Source: an uncultured Actinomycetota bacterium (GTDB taxonomy: Bacteria > Actinomycetota > Nitriliruptoria > Euzebyales > Egibacteraceae). From it: a DNA stretch of 41,573 nucleotides. The notes under the pieces were generated by a model. It worked only from the letters and a program-made list of their open reading frames with translations, did not search any database and was not told the origin of the DNA. This document shows, one piece after another, positions 35,935 to 41,573 of this stretch (its first letter is position 1; the number at the start of each line of letters is the position of its first letter). Location of the stretch: the NCBI GenBank assembly GCA_964418395.1, contig CAYQMQ010000001.1, positions 1-41,573 of the forward strand, read 5' to 3'. The position numbers were made by a program, and so were the translations under genes.

Positions 35935-37751
35935 GTGGTTACTCCGGGTTCATGCGAGTGACGGTCGGGGGCGGAGAGGGTGTGGGCCTGCCCGTTGGGA
36001 GACGCCTGAGGTCCCTGGGCCAGCGGAGCGCCGCTGGCGGCGAGCAGCCGTTGGGTGACGGGGTGTTGAGGGGCGACCAGCAGCTGCGTGCTGGTGGCCT
36101 CCTCGACGACCCGACCCTCGTCGAGCACCACGACACGGTCGGCGACGCGCAGGACCACGGCGAGGTCGTGGGAGATGAAGATCATCGCCATCCCGCGGTC
36201 GACCTGCAGGGTCTTGAGCAGCTGCAACAGCTTGGTCTGCTCGGAGGGGTCGAGCATGGCCACGGACTCGTCGGCGATGAGCAGCTTGGGCTCGAGCACC
36301 AGCGCGCGGGCCAGCGCCACCCGCTGCAGCTGGCCGCCGGACAGCTCGTGGGTGTGGCGCTCCAGGAAGCTGGGATCGGCCGGCAGCCGGGCGTCGCTGA
36401 GGGCGTCGGCGACAGTGGCGTCGCGGTCGCCGGGTTCGCCGAGATGTTGGATGTCGAGTGGCTCGCGCACCGCCTGGCGCACCGTCAGCCGTGGCGACAA
36501 GGCCTCGAAGGGGTCTTGGAACAGCATCTGGGCCTTCTGGCGCAGGGCCTTGAGCGCGTCGTGGCCGGCGGCGAGCACGTCGCGGGCCTGCAGGTGGACG
36601 CTGCCGGCGTCGGGCTCGACCAGCCGCAACAGCAGCTGGCCCAGCGTCGACTTGCCGGCCCCGGTCCCGCCGACGCAGCCCAGGACCTCGCCTTCGCGGA
36701 CCTCGAGGTCGATGCCGTCGACGGCGGTGACGGTCTCGCGGCGGACCACGCCGGTGCGCACCTGATAGGTCTTGCGCAGCCCGCGCGCGGACAACACCGG
36801 CACCAGCCCGCCGCGGATGCACGCGACCGTGCGGGCTCCGTCCTCACCCTCGGGGGCCAGCAACGGCGGCCGGTCGTGGGTGCACTCGTCGATCGCTTGG
36901 GTGCAGCGCTCGAAGAACGGACACCCCGTGGCCACCTCGGTGGGGTCGGGTGGCATGCCGCGGATGCCGCGCAGGTCCTTGACGGTGCCCAGCGACGGAT
37001 AGGCGTTGAGCAGCCCCCAGGTGTAAGGGGCCCGGGGGTCGTCCAGGATCCGCTCGGCGGGGCCGATCTCGGCCAGCCAGCCCCGGTAGAGGACCGCCAC
37101 CCGATTGGCGAGCCCGCGCAGCGCGTCGACGTCGTGGGTGAACACCACCAGCGTCCGCCCCGCGTCGCGCATCCCGGCCAGCAGCTGCAACACCTCGTGG
37201 CGGCGCAGCACATCGAGCCCGGCGGTGGGCTCGTCCAGGACCACGACGTCGGGGTCGCAGGCCAGCGCGATGGCCAAAAGCGACAGACGACGTTGGCCAC
37301 CGGACAGCTCGTTGGGGTAGCGCGCCACGGCCCACGCCCCGAGACCGACCTCCTCCAACAACTGCGCGGCGCGCTGGCTGGCGGCGCGCGGGCTCAGGTC
37401 CAGATGGACCTGGATCGGTTCGGCGATCTGGTCGCCGACGCGCAGTACGGGGTTGAGCGCCGCCGTCGACTGGAACACCAGCGACAAGCGGCGCCAGCGG
37501 ACCTCGCTCCAGCCGTCCTCGTCGAGCTCCACGAGGTCGGTGCCGTCGAGGCGCGCCGTGCCCTCGAGCTGGGCCTCGGGCACCAAGCCCAGCAACGCCT
37601 TGGCCAGTGTCGACTTGCCCGATCCGGATTCGCCGAGCACCCCGACGCACTCGCCCGAGTGCACGGTCAGGTCCAGGTCGTCCACGGCCCGCACCGGCGG
37701 CGGGCCGGGATAGGTCACCCGGAGCCCGCTGATGTCCAACGCTGCGGTCAC
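35931..37751 (-). CDS. ABC transporter ATP-binding protein, fused tandem (DppD/DppF-like) ATPase
   Basis: This is the C-terminal 606 codons of ORF 35931..38642. Cassette 1 has GESGSGKST, LSGGQRRLSLLAIAL and VVVLDEPTAGLD. Cassette 2 has GGTGAGKSTL, LSGGQLQRVALARAL and LLIADESVAMLD. An Opp-type Cys motif, GCPFFERC...C, lies between the cassettes. GTG start 37751 overlaps the permease stop (GTGA). Confidence 0.88.
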   Translation of the reverse strand: MTAALDISGLRVTYPGPPPVRAVDDLDLTVHSGECVGVLGESGSGKSTLAKALLGLVPEAQLEGTARLDGTDLVELDEDGWSEVRWRRLSLVFQSTAALNPVLRVGDQIAEPIQVHLDLSPRAASQRAAQLLEEVGLGAWAVARYPNELSGGQRRLSLLAIALACDPDVVVLDEPTAGLDVLRRHEVLQLLAGMRDAGRTLVVFTHDVDALRGLANRVAVLYRGWLAEIGPAERILDDPRAPYTWGLLNAYPSLGTVKDLRGIRGMPPDPTEVATGCPFFERCTQAIDECTHDRPPLLAPEGEDGARTVACIRGGLVPVLSARGLRKTYQVRTGVVRRETVTAVDGIDLEVREGEVLGCVGGTGAGKSTLGQLLLRLVEPDAGSVHLQARDVLAAGHDALKALRQKAQMLFQDPFEALSPRLTVRQAVREPLDIQHLGEPGDRDATVADALSDARLPADPSFLERHTHELSGGQLQRVALARALVLEPKLLIADESVAMLDPSEQTKLLQLLKTLQVDRGMAMIFISHDLAVVLRVADRVVVLDEGRVVEEATSTQLLVAPQHPVTQRLLAASGAPLAQGPQASPNGQAHTLSAPDRHSHEPGVTT

Positions 37752-38656
37752 GACGTCCTCCCGGTCGAGTGACGAGCCAGTCGGGGATTGATGCGCTGTT
37801 CGACGCCCACGCCGAGGAACGTGATCCCGAGCAACAGCACGGTGATGGCCACCAGCGGCGGGCCCAGCCACCACATCCAGGCGGTGGTGTAGAACACCCC
37901 CGAGAACTCCAGCGAGTCGCGCATGATCTGGCCCCAGCTGGCCCGGCTGGGGTCGCCCAGCCCGAGGAAGGCCAGGCCGGCTTCGAGCATCACGGCGCGG
38001 CCGGCGGACGAGACCAGCCCGGCCACCAGAATCAGCCCGACCTCGGGCAAGAGGTGGCGGCGCAGCACGTAGGCGGTCTCTCCGCCAAATCCCATGGCGG
38101 CCTTGACGTGGGAGCGGCGCCGCAGCGACAGGACCTGGGAGCGCACCACGCGGGCCGAGCTGGGCCAGAACGTCAGCGCGATCGCCGCCGAGATCACCCA
38201 GATGGACGGGCCCGCGTAGGCGCCCAGCACGATCAGCAGCGGCAGCCGGGGGACGGCCAGCACGAAGTCGACCACGCGCATCGCCGCCGCGTCGACCAGC
38301 CCGCCGACCCAGCCGGCCATCATCCCGACCAGCGCGCCGATCACCACCGTGCCGCCGCCGGCCAGGGCGGCCACGGTCAGCGACACGCGCGCGCCGGACA
38401 CCAGCTGGCTGGTCAGGTCCTGGCCGACCCCGTTGGTGCCCAACAGGTGGGTGGCACTCGGCGGTTGCAGCGGCTGGCCGATCAGCTCGGTGGGCCGGTA
38501 GGGGGCCACCCACCCTCCGAGCGCCGCGACGGCCACCACGGCGGTCACGATGGCCACGCCGACCCACCCGATGGTCGGCAACGCGCCCCCTGCTGCCCGA
38601 AGCCGCTTGCTGGCCGGGGCTCGCGCCGGGTTCGGCGACCACACGCCGCTGGTCAT
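37748..38656 (-). CDS. ABC transporter permease (DppC/NikC-like)
   Basis: Complete ORF. It has an N-terminal TM segment, the LLGTNGVGQDLTSQL motif, and an EAA-like loop (SHVKAAMGFGGETAYVLRRHLLPEV). ATG 38656 overlaps the upstream permease stop (ATGA). Confidence 0.88.
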   Translation of the reverse strand: MTSGVWSPNPARAPASKRLRAAGGALPTIGWVGVAIVTAVVAVAALGGWVAPYRPTELIGQPLQPPSATHLLGTNGVGQDLTSQLVSGARVSLTVAALAGGGTVVIGALVGMMAGWVGGLVDAAAMRVVDFVLAVPRLPLLIVLGAYAGPSIWVISAAIALTFWPSSARVVRSQVLSLRRRSHVKAAMGFGGETAYVLRRHLLPEVGLILVAGLVSSAGRAVMLEAGLAFLGLGDPSRASWGQIMRDSLEFSGVFYTTAWMWWLGPPLVAITVLLLGITFLGVGVEQRINPRLARHSTGRTS

Positions 38657-39840
38657 TCGGTTCCCACCCGCGGGTCGAGCCGCCGGTAGACCAGCTCGAT
38701 GACGAAGTTGGCCGCCAGCACCGTGACCGCCAGCGTCAAAAACACCGCTTCCAGCACGGGGTAGTCGCGCGCTTCGACCGCTTCGAGGATCAGCGCGCCC
38801 ATGCCGGGATAGGCAAAGACCGTCTCGACGAAGATCGAGCCGCCCACCGCCGTGCCCACCTGCAGCGCCATCACCGTCAGAAACGGCAGCAGCGCGTTGC
38901 GGCCCACGTGGCGGAACTGCTGCAGCCGCACCGGCAGGCCTTTCGCGCGGGCCAGCTGCATGTAGTCCTCACCCAGCACCGAGATCGCGGTGTTGCGCAC
39001 CAACAAGAACTTGGTGCCGATCAGCGACAGCGTCAGCGCCAGCAGCGGCAACGCGAGGTGGAAGGCGACGTCGCCGATCTGTTCCCACACCGACTCGTAT
39101 TCGGCAAACGACGTGTAGGCGCCGAACAGGGGAAACAGCGGGATCAAGACGGCCAGGCCGATCATCAGCAGGGCCGCCAGCGCGTACTCGGGCAGCCCGC
39201 GCAGCCCCGTCAGGGCCACCAGCACCACGCGGTCCGGCAAGCGCCCGCGGTTCCAGGCGGCCACGATCCCCGCCACGTAGCTGATCGTGGCCGACAGCAG
39301 CAATGCTAAGCCGACCAGCAGCAGCGTCCACGGCAGGTGGCCGGCGATCAGGCCTGCCACGGGGGCGTTGCGCGCCACCGACCAGCCCAGGTCGCCGGTG
39401 GCGAGGCTGCCCAGATAGTCCACGTACTGCTCGTGCAGCGGCCCGTCGAGGCCGTAGTAGCTCAACACCTGCTGGCGGACCTCGGGGTCGGTGATGAAAT
39501 AGCCCGTGTCCGGGTCCTCCAGCGCCGACAACGGATCGCCGGGCATCGCCCGCGGCAACAAGAACACCATGGTCACGATCGCCATCAACGTGATCCCGTA
39601 CAGCCCGATCAGCCGCAACGTGGCGCCGCGTCGACTCCTAACCGGCGGTGCCTCGAGTTCCTCCCCGCCCGGACTCGTCGAATCGGCCGGATGCGCGGGT
39701 GGGGCCGGGCCATCGGGTGCCGGCGACGGGGCGCCAGCGGGGCCAGCGGCCCCATCTCGCGTGCGCGTCAGAGGTGCCTCCTGTCTGTCCCTGCCGTCGC
39801 TTCCTTCCTGCGCATCCGTATACTCGGACTTCAAGCGCAC
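38653..39840 (-). CDS. ABC transporter permease (DppB/NikB-like); 5' boundary uncertain
   Basis: ORF 38653..39840 (GTG start). The conserved body begins near LRLIGLYGITLMAIVTMVFLLPRAMPGDP and includes the EAA-like loop DYMQLARAKGLPVRLQQFRHVGRNALLP. The first 74 codons are Pro/Ala/Gly-rich, and by my count 22 of them end in A/T, unlike the rest of the gene. TTG 39618 may therefore be the true start. Confidence 0.8.
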   Translation of the reverse strand: MRLKSEYTDAQEGSDGRDRQEAPLTRTRDGAAGPAGAPSPAPDGPAPPAHPADSTSPGGEELEAPPVRSRRGATLRLIGLYGITLMAIVTMVFLLPRAMPGDPLSALEDPDTGYFITDPEVRQQVLSYYGLDGPLHEQYVDYLGSLATGDLGWSVARNAPVAGLIAGHLPWTLLLVGLALLLSATISYVAGIVAAWNRGRLPDRVVLVALTGLRGLPEYALAALLMIGLAVLIPLFPLFGAYTSFAEYESVWEQIGDVAFHLALPLLALTLSLIGTKFLLVRNTAISVLGEDYMQLARAKGLPVRLQQFRHVGRNALLPFLTVMALQVGTAVGGSIFVETVFAYPGMGALILEAVEARDYPVLEAVFLTLAVTVLAANFVIELVYRRLDPRVGTE

Positions 39841-39860
39841 TCGAGATCAATAGGTGTCTT

Positions 39861-41573
39861 TTGCATACAGCAAACAGTCGCGACGGTGCGGAGCGGCTGC
39901 TGTCCATCGGGGAGGTGGCCCAGCGCACGCAGCTGCGCCCATCGGCCTTGCGCTTCTACGAGGAGAAGGGGCTGATCACCCCGACCACCAGGATCGGCGG
40001 CAAGCGCCGCTATCACCCCGCGATCCTGCGTCGCCTAGCCCTCATCGAGATGGCCACCCGGGCGGGGTTCACGCTGGCCGAGACCGGCGAATTGCTCGGC
40101 GACACCAGCGACGAGCCGAGCTGGCGGCAGTGGGACGACCTGGCCACCCGGAAGGTCCACGAGCTCGAGGAGACCATTCAGCGGGCGCGGACCATGCAGC
40201 GCCTACTAGAGGACGGTCCGTTCAGTGTGCGGCGAGCGGGCGGCCGGTGGGGCTATCCCTCGCCGTTCGCCTACCGACGCGGTCCGGGGCTGACCCAGGC
40301 CAGCCTCCTGTTCGACACCCTGCTGTGGAAAAACACTGATGGCCACCTGCTGCCATGGCTGGCCGCGAGCTGGGACCTGCGCACCGACGGGCGCGCGTAC
40401 CGGTTCATGCTGCGCGACGACGTCGAGTGGGCCGACGGCGTCGCCTTCACCGCAGACGACGTGGCCTTCACCGTCACCTACCTCACCTCAGGCGCCGGCA
40501 ACCGGCCCCTGGTCAGCCACGCCCGCGGACTCGACGCCGTTGACGGCGTCCGCGTCGACGACGACCACACCGTCACCTTCGAGCTGAAACGGCCCCACGC
40601 GTCGTTCCTCGAATGGGTCGCCGGGCGCATGCTCATCATCCCCCGCCACGTCTGGGAGGGCGTCACCGATCCGGTCAGCTTCCGCCAGCCCGAGGCGACC
40701 GTCGGCACCGGGCCTTACCGGCTGGAGTCGTGCGACGACGAGGCGGGAAGCTATCGCTACACGGCCAACGACGGCTACTTTCAGGGAGCACCCTACGTGC
40801 GACGCCTCGAGTTCGTGCCCGTGCGCGACTCGTTGAACGCGCTCGCCAACGGGGAGATCGACGTCGCCGAGTACATCTCTGACGCGCATCGACCCAGCCG
40901 CCAGCAGCTCGAGGGCTTCGCCTTCCCCGACTACGCACAGCGGACCCGCCCCGGGGAGTGGACGCGGGCCCTCCACGTGAACCTGTCACGTGGCTTTCCC
41001 TACGACGACCGGCGCTTTCGCCACGCGGTGGCCCACGCCATCGACCGACCGGCTTTGATCGACGCATTGCTCGACGGTCTCGGCGAGCCCGGCAGCCCCG
41101 GCGGCATGGCCCCGTCCCACGCGTGCGCCGCTTCTGGCTTGCCCACCTACCAGCACGACCCGGCCGCCGCTCGGGCACTGCTCGACCAGCTCGGCATGGC
41201 CTCCCACCCGAGCGCCCGACTTCGAGGGCTGCCAGACGGCAGCTCCTTCCGGCCAGTGTTGCAGACGGACGCCAACGACCCTGGCGCCGCCGAGCTCGTC
41301 GCCGCACAACTGCAGGAGGTGGGCCTTGACGTCCGGGTCGCGCGCATGCCACCAGACCAAGCGGACGCGACTGCTGCGGCGGGCGGCTACGAGCTCGCGC
41401 TCGTCGGCCACGGCTCGTTGGGTGGGGATCCCGATCTGCTGCGGTTGCAGCTGTCTGTCCACGCGCCGTCGAGGCAGCGCACCAAGGCCCACGGCTATCA
41501 CCACCCCGAAGTTGAGCGTCTCGCCGAGGCGCAGCGCCGGTGTCTCGATACCACTCGCCGCCGTCAGCTGCTC
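39861..41573 (+). CDS. MerR-family HTH domain fused in frame to a signal-less family-5 substrate-binding (SBP_bac_5) domain; 3' end lies beyond the window
   Basis: Not in the ORF track because no stop lies in the window. My translation in the frame of TTG 39861 stays open for all 571 codons to 41573. The MerR part reads ...RLLSIGEVAQRTQLRPSALRFYEEKGLITPTTRIGGKRRYHPAILRRLALIEMATRAGFTLAETGELL, followed by the coiled coil WRQWDDLATRKVHELEETIQRARTMQRLLED. It then runs directly into GGRWGYPSPFAYRRGPGLTQASLLFDTLLWKNTDGHLLPWLAASWDLRTDGRAYRFMLRDDVEWADGVAFTADDVAFTVTYL... This last stretch aligns residue for residue with the two lipoprotein SBPs of the facing operon. The start codon is uncertain (TTG; no in-frame ATG or GTG nearby). 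Confidence 0.8.
   Translation, partial: MHTANSRDGAERLLSIGEVAQRTQLRPSALRFYEEKGLITPTTRIGGKRRYHPAILRRLALIEMATRAGFTLAETGELLGDTSDEPSWRQWDDLATRKVHELEETIQRARTMQRLLEDGPFSVRRAGGRWGYPSPFAYRRGPGLTQASLLFDTLLWKNTDGHLLPWLAASWDLRTDGRAYRFMLRDDVEWADGVAFTADDVAFTVTYLTSGAGNRPLVSHARGLDAVDGVRVDDDHTVTFELKRPHASFLEWVAGRMLIIPRHVWEGVTDPVSFRQPEATVGTGPYRLESCDDEAGSYRYTANDGYFQGAPYVRRLEFVPVRDSLNALANGEIDVAEYISDAHRPSRQQLEGFAFPDYAQRTRPGEWTRALHVNLSRGFPYDDRRFRHAVAHAIDRPALIDALLDGLGEPGSPGGMAPSHACAASGLPTYQHDPAAARALLDQLGMASHPSARLRGLPDGSSFRPVLQTDANDPGAAELVAAQLQEVGLDVRVARMPPDQADATAAAGGYELALVGHGSLGGDPDLLRLQLSVHAPSRQRTKAHGYHHPEVERLAEAQRRCLDTTRRRQLL

Noticed and set aside
34447-37772. 504-aa and 606-aa plus-strand ORFs (34447..35961 and 35952..37772), and the 903-aa minus-strand ORF 35931..38642 read as one protein
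   Set aside because: The plus-strand ORFs are antisense to SBP2 and the ATPase. The 903-aa ORF's N-terminal third is an off-frame overlap with the permease gene. The ATPase begins at GTG 37751.
39854-40339. 161-aa plus-strand ORF listed in the track over the MerR region
   Set aside because: It is in the wrong frame and its translation is Arg/Pro/Gly/His-rich. The adjacent frame gives a textbook MerR HTH and stays open to the end of the window.

Overview
This is a very GC-rich, actinobacterium-like chromosomal segment. Third codon positions are almost all G/C, so every real gene casts long antisense or off-frame shadow ORFs. I support 30 protein genes (two truncated by the window edges), one tRNA-Leu(GAG) and three small repeat or structure elements. 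Left to right: the start of the Pup-proteasome locus (dop, arc/mpa); trmI translationally coupled to a ThiS-like/TtuA-like fusion gene; a DUF1802-GNAT pair; an M15 peptidase; tRNA-Leu; a P450; aidB-like acyl-CoA dehydrogenase; mgtE; a wall-anchored (CWB2) PQQ sugar dehydrogenase; a membrane molybdoenzyme; recQ-like helicase; ppk; a second M15 peptidase; a YfcE-type phosphoesterase; a patatin; a CWB2-GHL10 protein; a ClC channel; a Ub-Mut7C RNase; and guaB1. The right-hand ~10.7 kb holds an unusual ABC importer locus on the minus strand, in the order permease, permease, fused ATPase, SBP, SAM methyltransferase, paralogous SBP, FmdE-like protein. Facing it is a gene that fuses a MerR DNA-binding domain in frame to a signal-less copy of the same family-5 substrate-binding domain. 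That MerR-SBP one-component sensor plus its importer is my top candidate for an undescribed system. Other notable items are the ThiS-GG/TtuA fusion coupled to trmI, and three phased 52-bp tandem repeats that each carry an AAACCGT-N8-ACGGTTT palindrome. No CRISPR array, rRNA, transposase or integrase was seen. All calls rest on reading translations and motifs by eye; no database search was run.
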